The notes beneath the pieces are model-generated. The model saw nothing but the letters and a program-made list of their open reading frames with translations. It did not search any database and was not told the origin of the DNA. A DNA stretch of 64,000 nucleotides from Octopus sinensis. Its lineage: Eukaryota. Below, piece after piece: positions 26,568 to 39,449 of the stretch. Position 1 is the stretch's first letter. The number at the start of each line of letters is the position of its first letter. The translations under genes and the position numbers were made by a program. The stretch spans positions 54,684,001-54,748,000 of the forward strand of contig NC_043007.1 of the NCBI RefSeq assembly GCF_006345805.1. Direction: 5' to 3'.

Positions 26568-27910
26568 ATCATCATCATCATCATCATCGTTTAGCGTCCG
26601 TTTTCCATGCTAGGATGGGTTGGACGGTTCTACTGGGGTCTGTGAAGCCAGAAGGCTTCATCAGGCCCAGTCAAATCTGGCAGTGTTTCTACGGCTGGAT
26701 GCCCTTCCTAACGCCAACCACTCCGTGAGTGTAGTGGGTGCTTTTTACGTACCACCCGCACTGGTGCCAGACAGAGCTGGCAAACGGCCACGAACGGATG
26801 GTGCTTTTTATGTGCCACCGGCACGAGGGCCAGGCGAGGCTGGCAACGGACACGAAACGGGGCGGTGCTGGCAACGGTCGCGAAACGGAAAGTTCTCTTA
26901 CATGCCACCGGCACTGGTAACACATCTGCAATTTCCATTGATCGATTTCGATTCTGATCCTCACTTGCCTCAACGGGTCTTCACAAGTAGAGTTTCGACA
27001 TGCCACCGGCACTGGTAACACATCCGCAATTTCCATTGATCGATTTCGATTCTGATCCTCACTTGCCTCAACACGTCTTCACAAGTAGAGTTTTGTGTCC
27101 CAAGAAGGGATGGTATGCATACGTAGGCTGGCTCCATCCCATGTAGAAGGCCACGGGTTATGGACTCACTTGTCCTGCCGGGTCTTCTCGCGCACAGCAC
27201 ACTTCCAGAGGTCTCGGTCTCTAGTCATTTCCTCACTGAGACCTAAAGTTCGAAGGTCGTGCTTCACCACCTCGTCCCAGGTTTTCCTGGGTCTGCCTCT
27301 TCCACAGGTTCCCTCAACCGCTAGGGTGTGGCACTTTTTCACACAACTATCTTCATCCATTCTCGCCACATGACCATACCAGCGCAAACGTCTCTCTTGC
27401 ACACCACAACTGATACTTCTTAGGTCCAGCTTTTCTCTCAAGGTACTTACACTCTGCCGAGTGTGAGTACCGGCATTACACATCCATCGGAGCATACTGG
27501 CTTCATTTCTAGCGAGCTTACGCATATCCTCAGCAGTCACGGCCCATGTTTCACTGCCATGTAGCATGGCTGTTCGTACACACGCATCATACAGTCTGCC
27601 TTTCACTCTGTGCGAGAGGCCTTTTGTCACCAGCAGAGGTAAGAGCTCTCTGAACTTTGCCCAAGCTATTCTTATTCTAGCAGTTACACTTTCAGCACAC
27701 CCGCCCCCGCTGCTGACTTGGTCACCTAGGTAACGGAAACTATCAACTATTTCTAGTTTTTCTCCCTGGAAAGTGACGGAAGTTGGTCTCAGAGCATTTT
27801 CAGTGTTTATTGTTCCTGAGCATCTGCCACATACAAAAACCATCTTCCTAGTTAGCCTTCCTTTGACATTGCTGCATCTCTTATGTGTCCATAGCTTACA
27901 CTTGGTGCAT
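26568..27910 (-). mobile_element. Young 5'-truncated RTE/RTEX-like LINE inserted in a SINE microsatellite
   Basis: (CAT)n tail at 26570-26588, CpG-rich 3' UTR, uninterrupted RT C-terminal frame (ORF 27166-27963; homology ends near 27910). The host SINE head is at 26402-26567. Confidence 0.95.
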
Positions 27911-28116
27911 ATATATATAGTGTAACGTTCAGTGATAGTAAGCTCAACAAATAAGTACTCCATCTGGTGAAAGATAAATATTCTTTAATAAACACTATAT
28001 ATGTTTTCATGTGCTACTATTACTTTCATGTGATGAGAGCATGCCAGACAGTATTTTTGGGTCTGGTCTCTCAGTGCAATCTTCAGGCACTGCCCAAATT
28101 GGAAAATACAGTGTGT

Positions 28117-28184
<68 letters not shown>

Positions 28185-28186
28185 GA

Positions 28187-29000
28187 CTAGCTGACGTTCC
28201 CGGTAATTCCTGGAAAAGCGGGGCTTATCCCTTGGTTCCGTTCTCATAATTGTTTTGCTAATCCAGTAACAACAATACAAAGTATGTAGCCCTTAAAACG
28301 GTTTTTCTGCATTTATTGAGAATGCCGAACTGTCTTACACAGGATCTTGTTTTTAGGAATTCCCAATAAGTTATGAATACCCAAATTGTGAAGTAAGTTA
28401 TGCAATAGCATGACCTTAATTACCCGATAGTAAGAATTCAAATAAGGTAGCCCCGAAAAGGACTTTAATAGTTCCCAGAGTATATAGAACTTAGGAGGAA
28501 ATACTAATAAGGTATGTATACTAAAATCGTGAACCATGTTACATAATAACAGGCTAATCAGATATAAGATAATAACAATTCAAAGTAAATAACTCTGAAA
28601 AAAGCTTTTGTGCATTCACAGAGAATATTACCCTCAGTGGCACTAGTGTTGGTACATTTGTGAATAAGTCACTAACCAAAATAAGGGGATCTATTATTTA
28701 GGAAAATACTGTTTACTTATTTAAGCGTTGTACTGGATAAATTGCAAAAATAACTCAAATAATTCAAATACTAAGAAATAAGCATACTTAATTTGATTTA
28801 TACGAAATAATTTATGAACACGAATGGGTTATTTTCCTTGGCTATATATAAGGATCCCTTTCAGGAGCGAATGGGTTATTTCCCTTGGATGTTTAAAAAT
28901 AATATATTAGTCATATGTAGTATATATAAGAATCCCTTCCAGGGGTCCTATTATCGACTTTTCAACAATCTAAGTATGTCACTAGTTTTCCAAACATGAG
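28187..29000 (-). mobile_element. Helitron-like 3' end with internal sub-repeats
   Basis: A|CTAG at 28186-28190 followed by degenerate hairpin CCCGGTAATTCCTGG; direct sub-repeats ATGGGTTATTT.CCTTGG at ~28823 and ~28870. 5' end not found. Confidence 0.5.
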
Positions 29001-29027
29001 TTCTACTCATGTGTCAAATTCCATCAA

Positions 29028-29510
29028 AATTGATAAAACAATGTAGAAGTTAGATAGCAACGCCACAAACAAACACACCCAGAGATTTCCACATATGTGG
29101 TGTATATATATATATTTATATACAGTATGGGTGTGTGGGAAGAAGATTGCTTCCCAACCACATGGTTCTGGGTTCAGTCCTACTACATGGCACCTTGGGC
29201 AAGTGTCTTCTACTATAGTCTTGGGCCAACCAAAGCCTTGTAAGTGAACTTGGTAGATAGAAGCTGATCGTATATATATGTATATATATATGAATATATT
29301 TGTGTGTGTTTGTCTCCCCACCATCACTTGACTACTGTTGCTAGTGTGTTTATGTCCCCATAACTTAGTGGTTCTGAAAAAGAGACAAACAGAATAAGTA
29401 CTTGGCTTACGAAGAATAAGTCCTGGGGGCAATTTCTTCAAGTAACATCCTTTAAGGTGGTACTCCAACATGGCTGCAGTCAAATGACTGAACAATTAAA
29501 AGAATAAATG
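29028..29510 (-). mobile_element. tRNA-derived SINE
   Basis: Reverse complement of the family head, microsatellite and tail. Confidence 0.85.
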
Positions 29511-29599
29511 AAAGAATATATATATATATTAAACATATTAGATTGGTGGGCCATTAGCAATTCAGACCTAAAAGCAAGGGTACAAAATGGTACCAGCAT

Positions 29600-30480
29600 T
29601 GCTAGAAACAAGAGTCAAAATGACTCAAAAAGCCACAAAAAGTGCTATTAAGTTGACACAGAAGAGAGCCAAGAAGAGGACGATTTTAGAAGGCACTCAA
29701 TGTCCAGATATTTACCTCAATAGGAAGTGTGAGATGTTTAATCCTTGTCCACATGAAAGAAAGTACATTCTGTCATACCTGTGTGACCCACCATGACTGC
29801 AACCACTGGTCCCCTACCTCCACCTTCTACAAACGATCTTCCACCTTGAACCTGGCGTAAAGAGTTTGAACAAGACACACACCAGTGCACCCACATGTAC
29901 ATATGCACACCTCTATAAAGTGAACATCCCACAGTTAACTATTCCCCCACCACCCCCAGCACATACTCCCTAATGCAAATTGTGACCCGCATATAAACAA
30001 ACACCACACACACACATCATACATTACACATTACACACTGCATGCTAAATTAAAACCCCCCACAGCTTTAACCTTTGCAGGAAGAAAACACAGTAAAGAA
30101 CACTGCGCTATATATATCTACACCCCAGAAAAATTTATACATATATCACCACTACACACACCCCATCCCCACAGAGAAACCACATTATTAATACAAACTT
30201 ACCCCACTTCAAGATGACTTTAGCCGGCACCACAACATACCTAACCAAGGGATATAACTCCTAGCAAAATCCTCTGGAACTTTTTACATTTCACTACCTT
30301 TTTACAGCAGATGCCAACCAGTTGTACTAATCCACCTCCAGCAGTGGCAAGCAGTCGCCATATTCCCTTCCATGTCAGCTACCTCTGATGAGCGTATGTA
30401 TTTATATAATTGGTTTCTTGCCTAACACTCTGTTGTATTTTTTTGCATGAAATTAATTGGTCAGATCATCTGTGATGGAT
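29600..30480 (+). mobile_element. Possible heavily decayed Penelope-like remnant ending in a degenerate hammerhead-like motif
   Basis: Weak PLE-like peptide traces (PCP..RKYILSY), CA-rich tract, then CTGATGA (30385) .. GAAA (30449) .. GTC (30460). Confidence 0.35.
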
Positions 30481-30540
30481 ACTTAATACTATAAAATTCG
30501 GATAATATATATGTATATAAATACACACACACATATATAT

Positions 30541-31300
30541 AAGAGTAGGAGAGTAGTAGTGAAGAGAAGGAGTCGGAACAAGAGAGGAGAGGTGGGTGGC
30601 AGGAAGTAGGTGTGAGGGGGACAGATGCGAGGGGAGGGGGTTAGATGTAAAGGGGAGGAGAGTTGAGCCCATGTGGACTCCTGGTATATATACATATATA
30701 TATCATCTACTGCATCTCTTGCTCTCTCTCTGCCATTCTCTATACATCGGGCAAACAGGACTCCGCTCAGCTGACGGATTCGTGGAACACCTTTGAGACA
30801 TCCGACTCGGCAATGACACCCCTTCTTGCACCATTTCTGCTCTACCAGTCAATCTTTGCAACACCTGTCCATGTTCGGATTGTCCTTACACAGGAGCCAT
30901 GTGGACTCCCGTTTGCGCCGTGAACAGGGATTAATATTCTCTTTTTGCTCCTTTGTGCCACATGGGCTTAAATCTCCTCCCCTCTTCATCTAACCCCCCC
31001 CTCGCGTCTCTCCCCCTCACACCTACTTCCTGCCACCCACCTCTCCTCTCTTGCTCCAACTCCTTCTCTTCACTCCTACTCTCCTCTCTTCTCTTCACTC
31101 CTACTCTCCTCTCTTCTCTTCACTCCTACCCATCTTCTCCTTCCCCCTTCATCGTCACCCCTCCCTTGTAACCCCTACACATTCCAACCCCACCTATACC
31201 TTCCACACTCTTGCCTCCCCCACCTCCCAACACCATCACTCCACACCACAGACCACTACACCATACACCACCATACCACACAACACATCTCATCACAACA
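30541..31300 (+). mobile_element. Penelope-like element GIY-YIG C-terminus plus 3' repeat, with an inverted copy of the 3' part
   Basis: LYIGQTGLRSADGFVEHLRDIRLGND..RLRREQGLIFS from ~30740; 30541-30680 is an inverted, diverged copy of ~30958-31090. Confidence 0.8.
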
Positions 31301-31389
31301 CACCACCACGTACACACTAACACTGACCACTTCCCAGCCCCACGTTTTCACTCCTACACATACACACACGCACACGTCAAGGTCACCAG

Positions 31390-31563
31390 GGGAAAAAGCA
31401 CCCACTACACTCACAGAGTGGTTGGCGTTAGGAAGGTCATCCACCTGTAGAAACACTGCCAGATCAGACTGGAGCCTGGTGCAGCCTCCTGGCTTCCCAG
31501 ACCCCGGTCACACTGTTCAACCCGTGCTAGCACGGAAAACGGACGTTAAACGATGATGATGAT
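31390..31563 (+). mobile_element. RTE/RTEX LINE 3' tail fragment
   Basis: AAAGCACCCACTACACTC..GGAAAACGGACGTTAAACGATGATGATGATG. Confidence 0.9.
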
Positions 31564-32370
31564 GTGATTCTCTGTCTTTGTTTCTCTCTCACTTTCCCAC
31601 TCTCTTACTTTTCTTTTCTCTCAGACTCTCTCTCGCTTTCTCTTACTCTCAATTTTTATCTATCTCTCTCCCATTTATAAAAAACAGAAGATCTTGAGTA
31701 AGTTGAGAATTTAAATATTTAGAAAGATCAATCATAAATATCATGCAGTGGCAATGGAAAGGTCTGCTTCAAGGCAGACAGCAAAACGCTAACATTTAAA
31801 AGGGACAGACGAACTTGCGAGCTGAATAAAAATAATAAAATATTGGAAACCAAAGTTTGAAGGGATAGAATCTGAGGATAGTAGAGTCACCATGGCTGGC
31901 ATTTCTTAACGACGGACAGCAACGTATTGACAGTTTAACGGGTGGCGTAAAATTTTGAACTTGATGTAAAAGAAAATTCGTAAACACCAATTTTTGAAGT
32001 GATTCTTTCTCACGACAGTAGACTCACCATGGCAAGCATTCAAAACTTCTTTATCATGGACAGCAACACATTGACGATTAAAAGGCTGGCGCAAATTTTT
32101 TAGCTTGATGTAACAGAGAATTCCTAAACAGCCGCTCCTTGAAATTTTAATCCCCTTCCAGCCCCATTTAGACCCCTTTTCACATTTTGGTTAATATAAC
32201 CCGATTTCATTCGGGTCTACTAGGGCCACATTTTATAAGATGAGGAATTTTGTCCTAGAGGTGACGCCTTTCATTTGAGGAAAAAAATAGTTGTCATGCA
32301 AACTTGCCAGCACTTTTAACATAGGTGTGCATATTTTCAGCTGAATCGACCGTCTACGTAATGCACACAT

Positions 32371-32424
<54 letters not shown>

Positions 32425-33396
32425 CACGCATTATATATACAAATGTATACAAATGAGATATATATCTGTATAAATTAAATTAGAGATAAAACCACTCATA
32501 GGCAAATCAAACAGTGAAAAATCAAAAACAAAAACATTAAAAAAAAATATAATATAGAAAATATATAAAATATAAAATTGAAAAATGTTAATTATTTAAA
32601 TTGAAAATAAAAGTTGTTAAATTATATTTATAATTTGTTAAAAAATATATATAACTATGAAAAAGTTTAATATACATAAATACAGATATATACACTTTGT
32701 ATATATACATTATATATACATATTTATATATAGAACACACACATAAATGAACGCAAGAATATCTGATTCATAATATTTGTTCTAATGCTCGTGTGTTGTT
32801 GGTGACAGACAGATACTTAAAAGAACGCCAATGTGATGGGAAGGTACAAGACAGAGTGAGTGAAAAAGAGGATATTTCCTCTCTTTTTCACTCACCTTCC
32901 CATCTTGTGAGAGTGAGTTTGTGAAGACAGATACTTTAAATAACGGTAGTGGAACTGTCAAAGTTGTAAATGAAGAGGAGTGAGAGGGTATTGGAGGAAA
33001 TAGTGTGAGTGAGGAAGATGGCCCTTAACAACCACACCTTTTAAGCTAGGGATTTGTAAGGTAGCCCACGAGCATCGTCACCTTATTCTACATGTCCCTG
33101 TAAATTTAGGAGCGAATTGGACGGGATGTAGTGGCATTGAAAGCGATCCAAGCGGTAAAAACGCATTTCAGTTTTATATATAGAGATATACTAGCAAACG
33201 CATGAGTCCTTTGGATGGCTTAAGTTGCTTTGGTGGTATTTTTTTCACCAAATAATTGAACTACCGAGAAATACTTTTAAAAAAAGAAAAATTAAATTAT
33301 AGCATAGTAGTTGCAGGCGGGCCCCCTTCATCTCCTGGCAACCAATATTTTTAGACCCAGTCTGCCACTGTTTATATGTATGTATGTATATATAAG

Positions 33397-33559
33397 CATA
33401 GGAGTGGCTGTGTGGTAAGTAGCTTGCTTACGAACCACATGGTTCCGGGTTCAGTTCCACTGCGTGGCACCTTGGGCAAGTGTCTTCTACTATAGCCTCG
33501 GCCAGACCAAAGCCTTGTAAGTGGATTTGGTAGACAGAAACTGAAAGAAGACCGCCATA

Positions 33560-33628
<69 letters not shown>

Positions 33629-33820
33629 ATATGTTTGTGTTTCTGTGTTTGCCCCCCCAACATCGCTTGACAACAGATGCTGGTGTGTTTATGCCCCCGT
33701 AACTTAGTGATTCGGCAAAAGAGAATAAGTATTAGGCTTACAAAGTATAAGTCTTGGAGTCGATTTGCTCGACTAAAGGTGGTGCTCCAGCATGGCCACA
33801 GTCAAATGACTGAAGCAAGT
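33397..33820 (+). mobile_element. Full-length tRNA-derived SINE
   Basis: A/B-box-like head GGAGTGGCTGTGTGGTAAG..GGTTCAGTTCC, central (TA)n(TG)n, conserved tail. Confidence 0.93.
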
Positions 33821-34869
33821 TTGACAGGAGCTGTGTCTGTTTTGGTAGGGTTTTTGTGGCTGGATGCCCTTCCTAACACCAACCACTCAGCAGAGTAGGC
33901 TGGGTGCTTTTTACATGGCACTTGCACAGGTGAGGTCAGTTTTTGTATGGATTTTACAACTGGGTGCCCATTCAAATGCCAACCACTTTACAGTGAGGAC
34001 AGGGTGCTTTTTAAGTGGCTCCTGCACTGGCAAGGTCATCAAGTAACTTTTCAAGACAAGGAATCTTTGAGAAGGGAGGGGGATTTGGAGGAAGTATATC
34101 TTGTGTCATATGATGAAAGGTTAGGGTCTGACAGAAACAAAAACCGGTGTCTTGCTGTAGTGGAGGTACATGGTTACCTAACCAGAGAGAGAAGGAGAGG
34201 GAGAAAAAGAGGGAGAAGAGAAGGAGGGAAAAAGAGTGAGAATAGAAACAGGTGTACTGCTGAAGAGGAGGGACATGATTACCTAGAGAGAGAAAGGTAG
34301 CGTTAACAAGAAAGAGGTGTGCTGCTAGCCAGAGGTAAGAGCAAGAGAAGGAAGGAGAGAGAGTGATCAAGAATGACGGTAGAACAGGCTTGTTACTGTA
34401 GAGGAGATACATAATTACTCAGCCAGAGGGAAGAGCAAGAGAAAGAGAGAGAGAGAGAAAGCGAGTAGGAGACAGCAAGAGCAGGAGAGGGATGGTAGGA
34501 AGTGCCAGGGTATACTGACAAGGAATGGAGTCAAGGCATAGATGGGATGAGGAATTCCAAGAAATTCCAACCACATTTTGTGGTTTGCAACCTCAACAAC
34601 ACCTTTATAGGATCCAGTGGCTAAAGACATTATCAGGAGGAACCATGACCGGTTCTGACCCCTACTCCTCTACCATTTTTGATGTGGTAGGGCCACCCCC
34701 TTTTGGAGGTGTCTTCAGCTCTGGTGTTGAGTGCATTTCTTCTTTCTCCTTCATTCTTCTGTTGCCTGGCCTCTTTGATGCAGTGTCAACAAGTGTCAGT
34801 GGGTGACTGACCATCCTGCCAAATTTTCCTTTAAATACTCGCTGGTAGGCTCCAGCAGCTAACACTGTC

Positions 34870-35945
34870 TAAACTCCAACTGACCAATGAAAGGGAAGAA
34901 GAGCACGTAATCTTAGTTCGCACCCTCTCTGAACCTGTCTTCCACCAGTGTTGTGTTAGTTTCAGTTCCAGCAGCCAGAGCCAATCAGCTGTTTGATGGT
35001 ACAAGTCTTCGAACCAGGAGGAGGGGGCACCATGAATGAGACCGCCACCTGTCAATCAACGATGATGCTTAAGTGTCAGCCAATCTCACCTAGCAATGCT
35101 ATTTCCCAGCTGGCATGTTATGGCTGTCAAGCCATTTTTGGTCTTCTCACTTCAACCATATATAGAAGCTGACTTTTTTGACTGCCTCTTGTATCCTCCT
35201 TATTACATTTCTCAACTCTGAGCTCAACAATGCAAACCTTCTTCTGAATAATGTTGTCATTTTCTTTTCAATAAAGCCTCTGCCCCCACTGCCAGGTGGT
35301 AATACTTGACAGTCCATCCCTGTTCTCTGCACTCTTTGATTAAGTTTTGGCACCTCTTCTCCTTCCGTTGCTCTGCATTAGTGATGTTCTCTTCCCATGT
35401 TACAGTCAGCTCTAGCAAAATTCCAATTCTCTGTTCTGTGTTCCATAGAATTAAGTCTGGTCTTTTTGCCGTTTTTATGAGTGGAAATATTAATAGTCTT
35501 TCCAAATCCATGGCCAGCTCCCAGTATCCCTTCCATCTTTCGTCTGTCTTGTATATTTTATTTGAAGGCCTAGCCTTATGTCCTTTTCCCTCCTTCAGGA
35601 AGTATATTTTTCTGCACTTTTCCACTTTTGGGTACTCTCTCCTATTATATCCTTCAATCTTCTCCTTATGATGCCGAGGACTTGATTGTGATGCCATGCA
35701 TATCTGTCTAGTGCTAGCCTGCAGTTTGACAGAACATGTCTCACCGTCGCTTTCTCTCCGCATCTACATTCACCAGTTGTTTGTATGTTCCATCGGACTA
35801 AATTCGCTGGTGAGGGTAAAACGTCGAAGGTAGACTTGATCAGGAAGGGTGTCCTTGCTTGTTCCCAAGCCCAAAGTTCCTTCCATGAGATTCTGCGATC
35901 AAGGCATGGATGGGATGATAGAGTAAGAAGAGAAAGATGAATGGT
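34870..35945 (-). mobile_element. HERO-clade non-LTR retrotransposon 3' end (restriction-like endonuclease)
   Basis: FLIKSTFDVLPSPANL..CRCGEKATVRHVLSNC..RYAWHHNQVL (zinc knuckle plus RH motif), RPDLILW..LLELTVTWEE..RKEKR (PD-(D/E)xK-type), GRGF..IQEAVKKVSFYIWLK. Three frameshifted ORFs. Confidence 0.85.
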
Positions 35946-36289
35946 GGCAGGTGCTGGCATGGTATTGTCAAGAAGTCATGACTAGGGAGTGGGAATGGGG
36001 AATGTTGTGACTAGTGAGAATCTGGATATATAGAGGGGGAAAGGATGGGTAGTGGGGGAAGCAATGATACAGTGAGCAGAGTAGGATGACTAGTTTTGGG
36101 AGTGGGAGATAATCATAGTGTATAAAGAGGAAATGTGAGGAAGAGAAGAGAAACAGTTTGGGAAAGGGAGATGTAGGTTGGTTTGTCAGGCTAGGATAGG
36201 TGGAACACAACACTTCTAGAACTCAATATCCTATCCAAAAATAAAAGTATTTTAAAACACCAAAAAATATCAACTAGATTAAAGCTGGG

Positions 36290-36945
36290 AGATAACAGTT
36301 TACTCAAAGTAGCCACCCTCAGCCTCAAGATTGCTTCAGAACCTGGCACAGGTGTTCCTCACTGTGTGTCTGAGAAGATCTTTGGACACCTCCTTGATTT
36401 TGGCCACCAGCTCAGCCTTGGTGTTGCAAACAGAGCAGTTAGTATATTTCTCAACCGTTTCCCACACATAGTAATCCATGGGAATTATAATCAGGGGAAT
36501 TAGGAGGCCAGAAATTGGGGCTGGTGAAGTTGTAGAAATTCTTCAACAACCATGTCTGACTCTTTCCAGATGTATAGCAATGAACCAAATCCTGTTGCCA
36601 CATAATATGGCCTTTCAGCTGCAACACTCTCCAGACAGAGATTGACCACAGTCCACAGTAGCTTCATATAGCTGTCTGAATTGAGCCTAAGGCCCTCTTA
36701 AAAGATGTGGGGATGAATTCTGGCTTGCAGACACAGTCAATCTATCTGCTATATCCCTTCCTGATGGCCATGGCTTTGTAGTCTCTGTTGCAGCTGTCCA
36801 TGTCATGTCTTACAGCTTTTACAATATTCACAGAGCATTGCGCAGCAGTCATGATGCTGGTATTTTGATACCCAGCACAAATCAGCATGATTACAGGTAA
36901 CTCTTTTCCAATATTCAGATGGCTTCCAGTCCTCCATGTCAGCTA
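36290..36945 (-). mobile_element. Tc1/mariner (maT-like) transposase remnant, internally deleted
   Basis: Minus strand, with frameshifts: MEDWKPSEYWKR.. at ~36938; WQQD..HCYTSGKSQTWL..FTSPNFWPPNSPD..DYYVWETVEK..AEGGYFE*. Confidence 0.85.
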
Positions 36946-37779
36946 ATGTTTTCTCAATAACTTCTGTCCTAAAAAGACAGAAAATGAAGGTCTTTTTATT
37001 ATTATTAATTTTTAAATTAATTTTCCTGTCTGCTGAGTTTGATTATCAGGAATTAACAAAAACAAAGATACTTGGACAATTAACCATATTTGCTTGACTG
37101 TATACATATAGCAATAAATTTACACACAATTGTGAATTGGAATTGTACACTCATGTATACACAAAGATGTATGAATATTTATAAACATATTCTCACACAT
37201 GCAAAAACATTAAAGATATGTGTTTGAGTTTAATCTTTTTTATTAATGATTTGTATTAGCCATTTATGTTTAACTGTCCTAACATTTATTTGGAACAGTA
37301 AAATTCCTTAGTCTCTCAAGTTTTTTTTATCTTCAGATGAAATAGCTGTTGCTCCTCCTCTTCCCCTCACATTTTTATTGTAATTGGCAAGAATCAAGGG
37401 ATGATATATCTGGTATCACTACTGCTGAATTTAAAATCTTAATTCCATTTAATTGCAACAATAAATATCTATTACTCAGCTGCTGTATAACCAGCTGACA
37501 ATTGATACTTAAACTACTAGAGCAAGCTGTAAAACAATAAATTCACTCCCACAGATATCACATCCAGTAAAAGCAAACAAACAAAATATACAAACATAAC
37601 CCAAATGCACATAAGTATGGAATAGATGAATATGTCATCAAAAACCATAAAACAGAACATAATATGTATTATATCTGACCACTAGGTATCAGTCACAATA
37701 TAATACAAAAACACCAGAATTAAATCCTCCTTATCAACATTATAAGCAAGCTTTAGTGAAACCACTATAGATACTTTTC

Positions 37780-38880
37780 CAGAGTTTCCTTGCAAGTGAT
37801 AAGCATCCTAGAAAGCTGAAAAAAAGGGTATTATATGCTCTATCCACGAAGGTGGGAGCAGAGCAGGGACTAAAAATTATGGGCCCATCTCTGACTTAAT
37901 ATGTCCCCAAAGTTATGGAACAAATCATCAGAAGGAAATTGATAATGTTTCAAGAAGAAAATGACTTACTGAAAGATTCTCAGCATGATTTCTGTCTGGG
38001 AAGAAGCTGCCTTATACAGCTCTTACAGCACTATGACTGAGCTCAACCATTCAAATGTTGATGTTGTATATCTTGACTTTCAAAGGTCTTTGGCAAAGTG
38101 AACCATGGCCTGATATGTCATGGCTGGTAAACTGGAGAGTGGCTACATGTCTTCTTAAAAGTTAGAAGCCAGGCAGTTGCAACCAATGGTGCCCTCTCTA
38201 AGGAAATACAAATTCTGAGTGAACTCCCCCAAGAATCATTACTGTTTATAGTAGCTCTCTTAATCATGTCCACAATCACTTAGAACTCTGATGATGTTGC
38301 AAGCTTGTATCAGGATCTAAATGCAATATATTAGTGGGTTCAACGAAACAACATGCAGTTTAATACTGGAAAATTTCCAGAACTTCACTATCGGCTCACA
38401 AATGCACCACAATCCGCTTGTACAGGACCTGAAGGTACTGCAATCCAAGACTCACAGACAGGGAGAGACAGTATGTATAATAATACATTCTTTCATGTGC
38501 ACATTACCATGATGGTAACAAAGTGTAGATATTTAGGATGGATGCAAAGGTCCCACAGGACAAGAGACCAAGAAGTGATGTTGATACTATGGAAGACCTT
38601 TGTTCTCAGCCACCTGGACTACTGCTTTCAGTAATGGTCACTGCATGGTACCAAACTAACAATGGAGCTTGAAGTGATCCAACACTACTACACAAAAAGA
38701 TTACCCCAGTGCAGCCTATGAACTACAGGGAAGGCTGAAAGAGCAACAACTTTTCTCCCTAGAGCAAAGACACGAGATATGTAATAATATGCAAGTGAAA
38801 ATTTCTAGAAATGCTAGTACCTTTCTTTGGCATCAAGATTTATACAAATGCCTGAAATGGATGCCTTTGCATTGGTTTCC
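37780..38880 (+). mobile_element. Decayed CR1-clade LINE RT
   Basis: PISL...KVMEQIIR..SQHDFCLGRSCLIQLL..VDVVYLDF; later LWKTFVLSHLDYC. Confidence 0.85.
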
Positions 38881-39449
38881 ATGGTGGCAATTTTCAACAT
38901 TCTGAGATTTTGTGCCTAAACTTGTCTATTTTATAAGCCCTGTTAGGAGACATTCCTGATGATTGTAGAAGATGGCATCATGTGATGGCTCAATGTTGAC
39001 TGTTCAGTTAATAGGAAATGGTTATGGCTAACCCGTGACTTTAACTTGACGATTTGGTTTTGAATGTGCTACAAGTAGTTCCTTTCCAATTCTCTTTTGC
39101 ATTGAAAATGTAAGAGAATGGAAAAAAATTAAAATGAAATTCATATAGCCTGAGAAGGGAAAAGAACTAACAGAGATACAAAAACAAAAATAAAAATATA
39201 TACATTGATCATTGAGAAAAGATTGACAAATATTCATGCAAAAAGATTCATAGTAAGTGTAAAGTTCAATAGTTCTTTTTCCTTTTTAGAAAAAGAAAAC
39301 ACAGTCTTTGTTGCATATTGTTTAATAAAAGTATGTGCATGCATGTTTAGCCAGCCTATGTACACTTATGCCACTCCATGTAACTCTGTTAGAAGATGTA
39401 TTGTTATTAGATAATGTGTAAGTGTAGATTGTGTGGGTGTGGCAGGGGA

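Noticed and set aside
32199-32223. Helitron-like 3' hairpin plus CTAG
   Set aside because: Followed by G rather than T, and no 5' end found; too weak to call.
31746-33370. CAGTGGC...GCCACTG as ends of one hAT element
   Set aside because: Only 7 bp match and no 8 bp target duplication (ATATCATG versus TTTATATG).
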